Shown here one piece after another: positions 20,030-33,420 of a stretch of 64,000 nt of DNA (the first letter of the stretch is position 1; every line of letters starts with the position of its first letter). A program made the position numbers and the translations under genes. This DNA is from Macrostomum hystrix (taxonomy: Eukaryota; Animalia; Platyhelminthes). The DNA lies in contig CATNEN010000018.1 of assembly GCA_950097015.1 (NCBI GenBank), positions 1 to 64,000 on the forward strand, given 5' to 3'. The notes under the pieces were generated by a model. That model did no database searches and had not been told where the DNA came from. It was given only the letters and a program-made list of their open reading frames with translations.

Positions 20030-23000
20030 ACTTCAGGCCTGTGACAATCGAACATCAGGCCAGTGACTACCGAAATTTAGGCCAGTGACTGTCGAACTTC
20101 AGGCTCGTGCTTTGCGAGTGAGTCGTACCTCCTCAGGCCAGTGACCTTCGAACTTCAGGCCAGTGACTATCGAACTTCAGGCTAGTGACTATCGAACTTC
20201 AGGCCAGTGACTATCGAACTTCAGGCTAGTGACTATCGAACTTCAGGCCAGTGACTATCGAACTTCAGGCCAGTGACTATCGAACTTTAGGCCAGTGACA
20301 ATTGAACTTTAGGGACGTGCTAAGTGAGTGAATCCGACCTCCTCATGCCAGTGACCATCGAACTTCAGGCTCGTGCTTTTGAGTGAGTCGCACCTCCTCA
20401 GGCCAGTGACCTTCGAACTTCAGGCCAGTGACTATCGAACTTCAGGCCAGTGACTATCGAACTTCAGGCAAGTGACTATCGAAGTTCAGGCCAGTGACAA
20501 TCGAACTTCAGGCCAGTGACTATCGAACTTCAGGCCAGTGACTATTGAACTGAAGGCCAGTGACTATCAAACTTCAGGCCAGTGACCATCGAACTTTAGG
20601 CACATGCTTTATGAGTGAGTTCTACCTCCTCAGGCCAGTGACTGTCGTACTTCAGGCTCGTGCTTTGTGAGTGAGTCCTACCTCCTCAGGCCAGTGACAA
20701 TCGAACTTCAGGCTAGTGACTATCAAACTTCAGGCCAGTGACCATCGAACTTCAGGCTAGTGACTATCAAACTTCAGGCCAGTGACCATCGAACTTCAGG
20801 CCAGTGACTATTGAACTGGGAAGGCCAGTGACTATCAAACTTCAGGCTCGTGCTTGGTGAGTGAGTTCTACCTCCTCAGGCCAGTGACTGTCGTACTTCA
20901 GGCTCGTGCTTTGTGAGTGAGTCGCCATTCCTCAGGCCAGTGACCTTCGAACTTCAGGCCAGTGACTATCGAACTGAAGGCCAGTGACTGTCGAACTTCA
21001 GGCCAGTGACCATCGAACTTTAGGCACATGCTTTATGAGTGAGTTCTACCTCCTCAGGCCAGTGACTGTCGTACTTCAGGCTCGTGCTTTGTGAGTGAGT
21101 CCTACCTCCTCAGGCCAGTGACAATCGAACTTCAGGCTAGTGACTATCAAACTTCAGGCCAGTGACCATCGAACTTCAGGCTAGTGACTATCAAACTTCA
21201 GGCCAGTGACCATCGAACTTCAGGCCAGTGACTATTGAACTGGGAAGGCCAGTGACTATCAAACTTCAGGCTCGTGCTTGGTGAGTGAGTTCTACCTCCT
21301 CAGGCCAGTGACTGTCGTACTTCAGGCTCGTGCTTTGTCAGTGAGTCGCACCTGCTCAGGCCAGTGACCATCGAACTTCAGGCCAGTGACTATCGAACAT
21401 CACGCCAGTGACTGTCGAACTTCAGGCCAGTGACTATCGAACTTCAGGCCAGTGACCATCAAACTTCAGGTCAGTTACTATCCAACTTCAGGCTCGTGCT
21501 TTGTGAGTGAGTCCTACCTCCTCAGGCCAGTGACAATCGAACTTGAGGCTAGTGACTATCAAACTTCAGGCCAGTTACCATCCAACTTTAGGCACGTGCT
21601 TTGTGAGTGAGTCCTACCTCCTCAGGCCAGTGACTGTCGTACTTCAGGCTCGTGCTTTGTGAGTGAGTCCGACCTCCTCAGGCCAGTTACAATCGAACTT
21701 CAGGCTAGTGACTATCGAACTTCAGGCCAGTGACTATCGAACTTCAGGCAAGTGACTATCGAACTTTAGGCCAGTGACAATTGAACTTTAGGGACGTGCT
21801 AAGTGAGTGAATCCGACCTCCTCATGCCAGTGACCATCGAACTTCAGGCTCGTGCTTTTGAGTGAGTCGCACCTCCTCAGGCCAGTGACCTTCGAACTTC
21901 AGGCCAGTGACTATCGAACTTCAGGCCAGTGACTATCGAACTTCAGGCAAGTGACTATCGAACTTTAGGCCAGTGACTATCGAACTTCAGGCCAGTGACT
22001 ATCGTACTTCAGGCCAGTGACTATTGAACTGAAGGCCAGTGACTATCAAACTTCAGGCCAGTGACCATCGAACTTCAGGCTCGTGCTTGGTGAGTGAGTT
22101 CTACCTCCTCAGGCCAGTGACTGTCGTACTTCAGGCTCGTGCTTTGTGAGTGAGTCGCCATTCCTCAGGCCAGTGACCTTCGAACTTCAGGCCAGTGACT
22201 ATCGAACTGAAGGCCAGTGACTGTCGAACTTCAGGCCAGTGACCATCGAACTTTAGGCACATGCTTTATGAGTGAGTTCTACCTCCTCAGGCCAGTGACT
22301 GTCGTACTTCAGGCTCGTGCTTTGTGAGTGAGTCCTACCTCCTCAGGCCAGTGACAATCGAACTTCAGGCTAGTGACTATCAAACTTCAGGCCAGTGACC
22401 ATCGAACTTCAGGCTAGTGACTATCAAACTTCAGGCCAGTGACCATCGAACTTCAGGCCAGTGACTATTGAACTGAAGGCCAGTGACTATCAAACTTCAG
22501 GCTCGTGCTTGGTGAGTGAGTTCTACCTCCTCAGGCCAGTGACTGTCGTACTTCAGGCTCGTGCTTTGTGAGTGAGTCGCACCTGCTCAGGCCAGTGACC
22601 ATCGAACTTCAGGCCAGTGACTATCGAACCTCAGGCGAGTGACTATCGAACTTCAGGTCAGTGACTATCGAACTTCAGGCCAGTGACCATCAAACTTCAG
22701 GTCAGTTACTATCCAACTTCAGGCTCGTGCTTTGTGAGTGAGTCCGACCTCCTCAGGCCAGTGACAATCGAACTTCAGGCTAGTGACTATCAAACTTCAG
22801 GCCAGTGACCATCGAACTTTAGTCCAGTGACCATCAAACTTCAGGCCAGTTACCATCGAACTTTAGGCACATGCTTTGTGAGTGAGTTCTACCTCCTCAG
22901 GCCAGTGACTGTCGTACTTCAGGCTCGTGCTTTGTGAGTGAGTCGCACCTGCTCAGGCCAGTGAGCATCGAACTTCAGGCCAGTGACTGTCGAACTTCAG

Positions 23001-26000
23001 GCAAGTGACTATTGAATTTAAGGCCAGTGACCATCAAACTTCAGGCCAGTTACCATCCAACTTTAGGCACGTGCTTTGTGAGTGAGTCCTACCTCCTCAG
23101 GCCAGTGACAATCGAACTTCAGGCTAATGACTATCAAACTTCATGCCAGTGACCATCGAACTTTAGGCACATGCTTTGTGAGTGAGTTCTACCTCCTCAG
23201 GCCAGTGACTGTCGAACTTCAGGCCAGTGACCATCGAACTTCAGGCCAGTGACTATTGAACTGAAGGCCAGTGACTATCAAACTTCAGGCCAGTGACCAT
23301 CGAACTTCAGGCTCGTGCTTTATGAGTGAGTCGCCATTCCTCAGGCCAGTGACCTTCGAACTTCAGGACAGTGACTATCGAACTTCAGGCCAGTGACTGT
23401 CGAACTTTAGGCCAGTGACCATCGAACTTTAGGCACATGCTTTATGAGTGAGTTCTACCTCCTCAGGCCAGTGACTGTCGTACTTCAGGCTCGTGCTTTG
23501 TGAGTGAGTCCTATCTCCTCAGGCCAGTGACAATCGAACTTCAGGCCAGTGACCATCGAACTTCAGGCTAGTGACTATCAAACTTCAGGCCAGTGACCAT
23601 CGAACTTCAGGCTAGTGACTATCAAACTTCAGGCCAGTGACCATCGAACTTCAGGCCAGTGACTATTGAACTGAAGGCCAGTGACTATCAAACTTCAGGC
23701 TCGTGCTTGGTGAGTGAGTTCTACCTCCTCAGGCCAGTGACTGTCGTACTTCAGGCTCGTGCTTTGTGAGTGAGTCGCACCTGCTCAGGCCAGTGACCAT
23801 CGAACTTCAGGCCAGTGACTATCGAACATCAGGCCAGTGACTGTCGAACTTCAGGCCAGTGACTATCGAACTTCAGGCCAGTGACCATCAAACTTCAGGT
23901 CAGTTACTATCCAACTTCAGGCTCGTGCTTTGTGAGTGAGTCCTACCTCCTCAGGCCAGTGACAATCGAACTTGAGGCCAGTGACTGTCGAACTTCAGGC
24001 CAGTGACTATCGAACATCAGGCCAGTGACTGTCGAACTTCAGGCCAGTGACTATCGAACTTCAGGCCAGTGACCATCAAACTTCAGGTCAGTTACTATCC
24101 AACTTCAGGCTCGTGCTTTGTGAGTGAGTCCTACCTCCTCAGGCCAGTGACAATCGAACTTGAGGCCAGTGACTATCAAACTTCAGGCCAGTGACCATCG
24201 AACTGAAGGCCAGTGACCATCAAACTTCAGGCCAGTTACCATCCAACTTTAGGCACGTGCTTTGTGAGTGAGTCCTACCTCCTCAGGCCCGTGACTGTCG
24301 TACTTCAGGCTCGTGCTTTGTGAGTGAGTCCGACCTCCTCAGGCTAGTGACAATCGAACTTCAGGCTAGTGACTATCGAACTTCAGGCCAGTGACTATCG
24401 AACTTCAGGCCAGTGACTATCGAACTTCAGGCCAGTGACTATTGAACTGAAGGCCAGTGACTATCAAACTTCAGGCCAGTGACCATCGAACTTCAGGCTC
24501 GTGCTTTATGAGTGAGTCGCCATTCCTCAGGCCAGTGACCTTCGAACTTCAGGCCAGTGACTATCGAACTGAAGGCCAGTGACTGTCGAACTTCAGGCCA
24601 GTGACCATCGAACTTTAGGCACATGCTTTATGAGTGAGTTCTACCTCCTCAGGCCAGTGACTGTCGTACTTCAGGCTCGTGCTTTGTGAGTGAGTCCTAC
24701 CTCCTCAGGCCAGTGACAATCGAACTTCAGGCTAGTGACTATCAAACTTCAGGCCAGTGACCATCGAACTTCAGGCTAGTGACTATCAAACTTCAGGCCA
24801 GTGACCATCGAACTTCAGGCCAGTGACTATTGAACTGAAGGCCAGTGACTATCAAACTTCAGGCTCGTGCTTGGTGAGTGAGTTCTACCTCCTCAGGCCA
24901 GTGACTGTCGTACTTCAGGCTCGTGCTTTGTGAGTGAGTCGCACCTGCTCAGGCCAGTGACCATCGAACTTCAGGCCAGTGACTATCGAACCTCAGGCGA
25001 GTGACTATCGAACTTCAGGTCAGTGACTATCGAACTTCAGGCCAGTGACCATCAAACTTCAGGTCAGTTACTATCCAACTTCAGGCTCGTGCTTTGTGAG
25101 TGAGTCCGACCTCCTCAGGCCAGTGACAATCGAACTTCAGGCTAGTGACTATCAAACTTCAGGCCAGTGACCATCGAACTTTAGTCCAGTGACCATCAAA
25201 CTTCAGGCCAGTTACCATCGAACTTTAGGCACATGCTTTGTGAGTGAGTTCTACCTCCTCAGGCCAGTGACTGTCGTACTTCAGGCTCGTGCTTTGTGAG
25301 TGAGTCGCACCTGCTCAGGCCAGTGAGCATCGAACTTCAGGCCAGTGACTGTCGAACTTCAGGCAAGTGACTATTGAATTTAAGGCCAGTGACCATCAAA
25401 CTTCAGGCCAGTTACCATCCAACTTTAGGCACGTGCTTTGTGAGTGAGTCCTACCTCCTCAGGCCAGTGACAATCGAACTTCAGGCTAATGACTATCAAA
25501 CTTCATGCCAGTGACCATCGAACTTTAGGCACATGCTTTGTGAGTGAGTTCTACCTCCTCAGGCCAGTGACTGTCGAACTTCAGGCCAGTGACCATCGAA
25601 CTTCAGGCCAGTGACTATTGAACTGAAGGCCAGTGACTATCAAACTTCAGGCCAGTGACCATCGAACTTCAGGCTCGTGCTTTATGAGTGAGTCGCCATT
25701 CCTCAGGCCAGTGACCTTCGAACTTCAGGACAGTGACTATCGAACTTCAGGCCAGTGACTGTCGAACTTTAGGCCAGTGACCATCGAACTTTAGGCACAT
25801 GCTTTATGAGTGAGTTCTACCTCCTCAGGCCAGTGACTGTCGTACTTCAGGCTCGTGCTTTGTGAGTGAGTCCTATCTCCTCAGGCCAGTGACAATCGAA
25901 CTTCAGGCCAGTGACCATCGAACTTCAGGCTAGTGACTATCAAACTTCAGGCCAGTGACCATCGAACTTCAGGCTAGTGACTATCAAACTTCAGGCCAGT

Positions 26001-28225
26001 GACCATCGAACTTCAGGCCAGTGACTATTGAACTGAAGGCCAGTGACTATCAAACTTCAGGCTCGTGCTTGGTGAGTGAGTTCTACCTCCTCAGGCCAGT
26101 GACTGTCGTACTTCAGGCTCGTGCTTTGTGAGTGAGTCGCACCTGCTCAGGCCAGTGACCATCGAACTTCAGGCCAGTGACTATCGAACATCAGGCCAGT
26201 GACTGTCGAACTTCAGGCCAGTGACTATCGAACTTCAGGCCAGTGACCATCAAACTTCAGGTCAGTTACTATCCAACTTCAGGCTCGTGCTTTGTGAGTG
26301 AGTCCTACCTCCTCAGGCCAGTGACAATCGAACTTGAGGCCAGTGACTGTCGAACTTCAGGCCAGTGACTATCGAACATCAGGCCAGTGACTGTCGAACT
26401 TCAGGCCAGTGACTATCGAACTTCAGGCCAGTGACCATCAAACTTCAGGTCAGTTACTATCCAACTTCAGGCTCGTGCTTTGTGAGTGAGTCCTACCTCC
26501 TCAGGCCAGTGACAATCGAACTTGAGGCCAGTGACTATCAAACTTCAGGCCAGTGACCATCGAACTGAAGGCCAGTGACCATCAAACTTCAGGCCAGTTA
26601 CCATCCAACTTTAGGCACGTGCTTTGTGAGTGAGTCCTACCTCCTCAGGCCCGTGACTGTCGTACTTCAGGCTCGTGCTTTGTGAGTGAGTCCGACCTCC
26701 TCAGGCTAGTGACAATCGAACTTCAGGCTAGTGACTATCGAACTTCAGGCCAGTGACTATCGAACTTCAGGCCAGTGACTATCGAACTTCAGGCCAGTGA
26801 CTATTGAACTGAAGGCCAGTGACTATCAAACTTCAGGCCAGTGACCATCGAACTTCAGGCTCGTGCTTTATGAGTGAGTCGCCATTCCTCAGGCCAGTGA
26901 CCTTCGAACTTCAGGCCAGTGACTATCGAACTTCAGGCCAGTGACTGTCGAACTTCAGGCCAGTGACCATCGAACTTTAGGCACATGCTTTATGAGTGAG
27001 TTCTACCTCCTCAGGCCAGTGACTGTCGTACTTCAGGCTCGTGCTTTGTGAGTGAGTCCTACCTCCTCAGGCCAGTGACAATCGAACTTCAGGCTAGTGA
27101 CTATCAAACTTCAGGCCAGTGACCATCGAACTTCAGGCTAGTGACTATCAAACTTCAGGCCAGTGACCATCGAACTTCAGGCCAGTGACTATTGAACTGA
27201 AGGCCAGTGACTATCAAACTTCAGGCTCGTGCTTGGTGAGTGAGTTCTACCTCCTCAGGCCAGTGACTGTCGTACTTCAGGCTCGTGCTTTGTGAGTGAG
27301 TCGCACCTGCTCAGGCCAGTGACCATCGAACTTCAGGCCAGTGACTATCGAACCTCAGGCGAGTGACTATCGAACTTCAGGTCAGTGACTATCGAACTTC
27401 AGGCCAGTGACCATCAAACTTCAGGTCAGTTACTATCCAACTTCAGGCTCGTGCTTTGTGAGTGAGTCCTACCTCCTCAGGCCAGTGACTGTCGTACTTC
27501 AGGCTCGTGCTTTGTGAGTGAGTCCGACCTCCTCAGGCCAGTGACAATCGAACTTCAGGCTAGTGACTATCAAACTTCAGGCCAGTGACCATCGAACTTT
27601 AGTCCAGTGACCATCAAACTTCAGGCCAGTTACCATCGAACTTCAGGCTCGTGCTTTGTGAGTGAGTCGCACCTGCTCAGGCCAGTGACCATCGAACTTC
27701 AGGCCAGTGACTGTCGAACTTCAGGCAAGTGACTATTGAATTTAAGGCCAGTGACCATCAAACTTCAGGCCAGTTACCATCCAACTTTAGGCACGTGCTT
27801 TGTGAGTGAGTCCTACCTCCTCAGGCCAGTGACAATCGAACTTCAGGCTAATGACTATCAAACTTCATGCCAGTGACCATCGAACTTTAGGCACATGCTT
27901 TGTGAGTGAGTTCTACCTCCTCAGGCCAGTGACTGTCGAACTTCAGGCCAGTGACCATCGAACTTCAGGCCAGTGACTATCGAACTTCAGGCCAATGACT
28001 ATCGAACTTCAGGCTCGTGCTTTTTGAGTGAGTCCTACCTCCTCAGGCCAGTGACTGTCGTACTTCAGGCCAGTGACCATCGAACTTCAGGCCAGTGACT
28101 ATCGAACTTCAGGCCAGACCCTATTGAACTGAAGGCCAGTGACTATCAAACTTCAGGCCAGTGACCATCGAACTTCAGGCCACTGACCATCGAACTTCAG
28201 GCCAGTGACCATCGAACTTCAGGCA
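20030..28225 (+). repeat. ~8.2-kb satellite of 22-bp monomer (CAGTGACTATCGAACTTCAGGC) with interspersed TCGTGCTTTGTGAGTGAGTCCTACCTCCTCAGGC variants; 2362-bp higher-order repeat
   Basis: The rare variant AACCTCAGGCGAG occurs at 22627, 24989 and 27351. AGGCTAATG occurs at 23121, 25483 and 27845. Both are spaced 2362 bp apart. Confidence 0.95.
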
Positions 28226-28540
28226 AAGCCAGTGCTAAGTGAATTTGTTTTTGCTGTTAATCACAATGTTAAGAGCAAACCATGTGATCCCATTCAGGAG
28301 GCTCTCCTTATCAGATCCTATACCTGGATGCCGAGTCTCATCTCGAATACAAAAATATTTTCCTAAATCGTTCCCATAATCCTAAATATTAGAATACAAA
28401 TATTTCCTATAATCCAGTCCTCAAACCCAGACATCTTGGATCACCCTTTCTCTGGCTTCGTTTCCATAGAAACAAGCACTTCAGCCCCACAAATGTCATG
28501 ATAAACAATCGTCATGTATAAGAATAGATGAATGTTTGAG

Positions 28541-28936
28541 TTAGACTGTGTCTGTGTTAGACTGTGTCTGTGTTAGACTGTGTGTGTTAGACTGTGTCTG
28601 TGTCAGACTGTGTTTGTGTTAGACTGTGTCTGTGTTAGACTGTGTCTGTGTTAGACTGTGTCTGTGTTAGACTGTGTCTGTGTTAGACTATGTCTGTGTC
28701 AGACTGTGTCTGTGTCAGACTGTGTTTGTGTCAGACTGTGCTTGTGTTAGACTGTGTCTGTGTTAGACTGTGTCTGTGTTAGACTGTGTCTGTGTCAGAC
28801 TGTGTCTGTGTTAGACTGTGTCTGTGTTAGACTGTGTCTGTGTCAGACTGTGTCTGTGTTAGACTGTGTCTGTGTTAGACTGTGTCTGTGTTAGACTGTG
28901 TCTGTGTTAGACTGTGTCTGTGTTAGACTGTGTCTG
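28541..28936 (+). repeat. 16-bp tandem repeat (GTTAGACTGTGTCTGT)
   Basis: About 25 near-perfect units. The paralogous array is at ~51868-52565. Confidence 0.95.
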
Positions 28937-29342
28937 AGTTCCCCAGCCCAGATCCCTAACCCTGTTCCCAAACACTGATTCCCAACCCTAATCACCAACC
29001 CTGATCTCTAAAAGAATCTTGGCCACCAAAGGCTGCAATTCTGATACCGAAAAGATGATAAAGAAATCCAAATCCGGATTATCGAAGCGTCATCCCAAAA
29101 CCTGATCATGGCCCTCGATCCCAAATCCCCATGCAGCCTTTGAATATGTGATCAATCAAGTAGCCTATCAAACCTGATCCATCATTTTTGAGTCAGTCCA
29201 AGTCAGCTTTAATTGACACACGCATAGTTGCCATAGCAACAAGCACTCCAGCCCCCCAGAGTCCATTGGAGAAGCCGGGGAATCTTCAGTGAGTTGAGCA
29301 CTCATATCAGGCAGAGGCTTTGAGCAAATCAGGCGGCCAATG

Positions 29343-29612
29343 GGAGATGGAGACAGAGAGAATGGCAGATGGAGACAGAGAGAATGGCAGATGGAGACAG
29401 AGAGAATGGCAGATGGAGACAGAGAGAATGGCAGATGGAGACAGAGAGAATGGCAGATGGAGACAGAATGGCAGATGGAAATAGAGAATGGCAGATGGAA
29501 ACAGAGAATGGCAGACGGAGACAGAGAGAATGGTAGATGGAGACAGAGAATGGGAGATGCAGACAGAGAATGGCAGATGGAGACAGAATGGCAGATGGAG
29601 ACAGAGAATGGG
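29343..29612 (+). repeat. 20/22-bp tandem repeat (GAGAATGGCAGATGGAGACA)
   Basis: Direct inspection. Related arrays at 52568-53065 and 56290-56550. Confidence 0.95.
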
Positions 29613-30339
29613 AGGGCACAGCAGCAGCTGAGCACAATGCCAGTTAATTAAGGAGGCCGCGGTTGCGGCAAAAGCCAGTTCAAACTGCAGGGCCAAACTG
29701 AGCTGCCGTACTCACATCCCTCCCTCCCTCCGCCCTCCGCTCTGAGCAGGACTCGCGATTTCTGTACAATCCGCAGCCTCTCCTGGTGGGCCCTCCGAGC
29801 ACCGAGGCAAAGGCAAAGGCATCTCGGGCCCGCCTTCTCCGACACAATGGGCCTGTGGGACTCACCCACCTCCCTCCGCTCCGATGAGGCTGAACCGCAG
29901 TCTCTCCGCTTCTGTCCTCTCCTCTCCTCTTTATTCCCTGCTGTGAGTGCTCGACTTTAAGGGCTGGAGGGGGTCACCGCCCGATGTGAAGCAGTCCAGA
30001 TTCTGCTCATCATCGAGTTGAGCACGGTACTGTCTGAACACAATTATCCAGAGAGGCTGTAACTAAGGGGCAGCCACCCCACTCCCAGACAGAGGCATTG
30101 TGCTGAGGGGTTTATCTGAGCACAGTGAGCCTTCACAGCTTCTCAAACTGCGGCCTTAGCAGTAGACAGGCAGGCTGAGATGGGTTGAGAAGAATGGATG
30201 GGCCGCTGCTGAGTTCATGATTTTATGAGTTTGAGAACAGTCGGAGACTGCCTGCCTGCCTGTGCCAAAGCTTGTTAAGTGCTGTAGAATGCTGTGTGTG
30301 GTGATGATGAGGGGAACAATCTTCAATAAATTTTACAAC

Positions 30340-30712
30340 CCTGAATCCACAGCCCTGAATCTACAACCCTGAATCCACAACCCCGAATCCACAACCCTGA
30401 ATCCACAGCCCTGAATCCACAACCCTGAATCCACAGCCCTGACTCCACAACCCCGAATCCACAACCCTGAATCCACAGCCCTGAATCCACAACCCTGAAT
30501 CCACAACCCTTAATCCACAACCCTGAATCCACAGCCCTGACTCCACAACCCCGAATCCACAACCCTGAATCCACAGCCCTGACTCCACAACCCCGAATCC
30601 ACAACCCTGAATCCACAGCCCTGAATCCACAACCCTGAATCCACAGCCCTGAATCCACAACCCTTAATCCACAACCCTGAATCCACAACCCGGAATCCAC
30701 AACCCTTAATAC
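30340..30712 (+). repeat. 14-bp tandem repeat (CTGAATCCACAACC)
   Basis: Direct inspection. Family members at ~34945, ~39465 and ~53790. Confidence 0.93.
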
Positions 30713-31490
30713 AGAACCTAAATAAACATTCAAACCCTAGAAATTAAAATCTTTTATTTTAATCCCTTATCCCAGATCCCGAATCCTGAAGTCTGAATAC
30801 TCAACAGCTTTCTTATTCCTTACCAAATATGCTCAAATGCTCAACCATTCCACTGAAGCCTGTTCCTGAATCAAAAAAGATCCCAAACCTCGTGACCCAT
30901 CTCGAATGGGATTTGTTTAACAGGTTTATTCGCAGATTTATCAGAAAATTGCTTTCAGCAGCTGTTATCACCTGACCAAATAGCACTGGCTTATTTGCAA
31001 TGTATTTTATGTCTATGGCTAAACCTATCTAAGCAGTGTGATTTTCTCTTCACTGTCCGTCCATGCTTCAGCTCATGCGGCTGCTTAAATGTTAATTAAA
31101 CTGGCTGCTAACATTTGAGCAGTGTTGCTTTTTTATTTCAAGCAGTCTTTTCAGAAGTTGCTGATCTTTACAAGGCCAATGATTTTAGTTTTGTTTTGTC
31201 ATTGGCACAGCAGCTGCTATTGTTCAGTGAGCACCGCTACACTTGTCTCAAAGGGCAATTCTGAGCACACTGTGAGCAGTCTCAGCTGCAGCCACCCCAG
31301 CCTCCTCAGATGCGGTTCAGGAGAGCCTTTGAATTGCCACCCGAAAAAGCATTCTCAAGCAGACAATGAGTTGAGCACAGCCTAAATATATTCAGTTGTT
31401 AATGTACCAAGTTGATAATGAAATATATAAATATATCAATTTGAATACTGTTGTTATCTAATTTAAATGCCATATTCACCATGAGGCTCA

Positions 31491-31710
31491 AGTATGCTCA
31501 AGTATGCTCAAGTATGCTCAAGTATGCTCAAGTATGCTCAAGTATGCTCAAGTATGCTCAAGTATGCTCAAGTATGCTCAAGTATGCTCAAGTATGCTCA
31601 AGTATGCTCAAGTATGCTCAAGTATGCTCAAGTATGCTCAAGTATGCTCAAGTATGCTCAAGTATGCTCAAGTATGCTCAAGTATGCTCAAGTATGCTCA
31701 AGTATGCTCA
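31491..31710 (+). repeat. Perfect 10-bp repeat (AGTATGCTCA)22
   Basis: 22 identical units. The paralogous site at ~54245-54263 has about 2 units. Confidence 0.97.
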
Positions 31711-32513
31711 CTTCTTAACAATGTTACAGTAAGAATTTTCTTTGTGTTTTTTATTTGAATTCAAACGATTAACTTTGATATGGTGAATTTATCTTGCATG
31801 CTTTCATTCTACGCTTGTAATATGTAAGTCTGCTGTTTCTGTGTGAGTATTCTCATCCAGCAGGGTGGGCTGCAGTTTTGTTGTTGTTAGCAACGCTTGT
31901 GAGTAAAGATGATGATTTAAATAGAACACATTTATCTGCTTTGCATAGCTGAGATGTGCATGAGTGGCAGGTTGGCATGCAAGACAAGCTCAAAGACTGC
32001 AGGTTTGGCTGAGCATAGCTGAGATGTGCATAAGTGGCAGGTTGGCATGCAAGACAAGCTCAAAGACTGCAGGTTTGGCTGAGCATTGCTTGCGTTAGAT
32101 CGCTTTGGACAGACTGGAGTCTATTCTCAATCCAGCCTCTTCCTTCCCCTACTCTCGTCTCCGCGCAGTCCATTCCAGTCCCCGTGTTGGTCTCGGTTGC
32201 CAAGGGCCGCATATCGACCTCCTCCCTCCAGCAGGTTTGAGCAGTTTTGCACTCGGCCTGGAGCTCTCAGCGTGGCCCGCCTGACTGGCGCCCTTTGGCT
32301 GCGTTTTTACCTGCGGGAGGGTCTCATTGCTGTGCTGGGTTGGCGCCCAGATACTGAGTGTGCTCAAGTTAATTACAGCCTCAATTTCTGCTCACAGCTG
32401 GTTAATTTTTCTGTCTCTCTTCAGCTACTGTTTTGAGCTCCTTTTTGAGGCCTGACTCAACATTCTCTCTGCCGTGCTGATGCTTTAGGATTGCAAAATT
32501 GAATTCTGGGATG

Positions 32514-33420
32514 TGAGGGGAGAAACAGACAGAGGTGAGGGGAGAAACAGACAGAGGTGAGGGGAGAAACAGACAGAGGTGAGGGGAGAAACAGACAGAG
32601 GTGAGGGGAGAAACAGACAGAGGTGAGCGGAGAAACAGACAGAGGTGAGGGGAGAAACAGACAGAGGTGAGGGGAGAAACAGACAGACGTGAGGGGGAGA
32701 AACAGACAGAGGTGAGGGGAGAAACAGACAGAGATGAGGGGAGAAACAGACAGAGGTGAGGGGAGAAACAGACAGAGATGAGGGGAGAAACAGACAGAGA
32801 TGAGGGGAGAAACAGACAGAGATGAGGGGAGAAACAGACAGAGATGAGGGGAGAAACAGACAGAGATGAGGGGAGAAACAGACAGAGATGAGGGGAGAAA
32901 CAGACATGTGAGGGGAGAAACAGACAGAGGTGAGGGGGAGAAACAGACAGAGATGAGGGGGAGAAACAGACAGAGATGAGAGGGAGAAGCAGACAGACGT
33001 GAGGGGGGAGAAACAGACAGAGGTGAGGGGGAGAAACAGACAGAGGTGAGGGGGGAGAAACAGACAGAGGTGAGGGGGAGAAACAGACAGAGGTGAGGGG
33101 GAGAAACAGACAGACGTGAGGGGGGAGAAACAGACAGAGGTGAGGGGGAGAAACAGACAGACGTGAGGGGGAAGAAACAGACAGACGTGAGGGGGAGAAA
33201 CAGACAGAGGTGAGGGGGAGAAACAGACAGACGTGAGGGGGAAGAAACAGACAGACGTAAGGGGGAGAAACAGACAGAGGTGAGTGGGAGAAACAGACAG
33301 AGGTGAGGGGGAGAAACAGACAGAGGTGAGGGGGGAGAAGCAGACAGAGATGAGGGGGAGAAACAGACAGAGGTGAGGGGAGAAACAGACAGAGGTGAGG
33401 GGGAGAAACAGACAGACGTG
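32514..33420 (+). repeat. 21-23-bp purine-rich repeat (GAGGGGAGAAACAGACAGAGGT)
   Basis: Direct inspection. Related arrays at 34330-34503 and 54995-55400. Confidence 0.95.

Noticed and set aside
31260-31280. CACTGTG/CACAGTG heptamers (also ~30123, 35426, 40251, 54015) suggesting V(D)J-type recombination signals near a variable receptor
   Set aside because: No ACAAAAACC-like nonamer at 12- or 23-bp spacing. The heptamers are part of a dispersed module.
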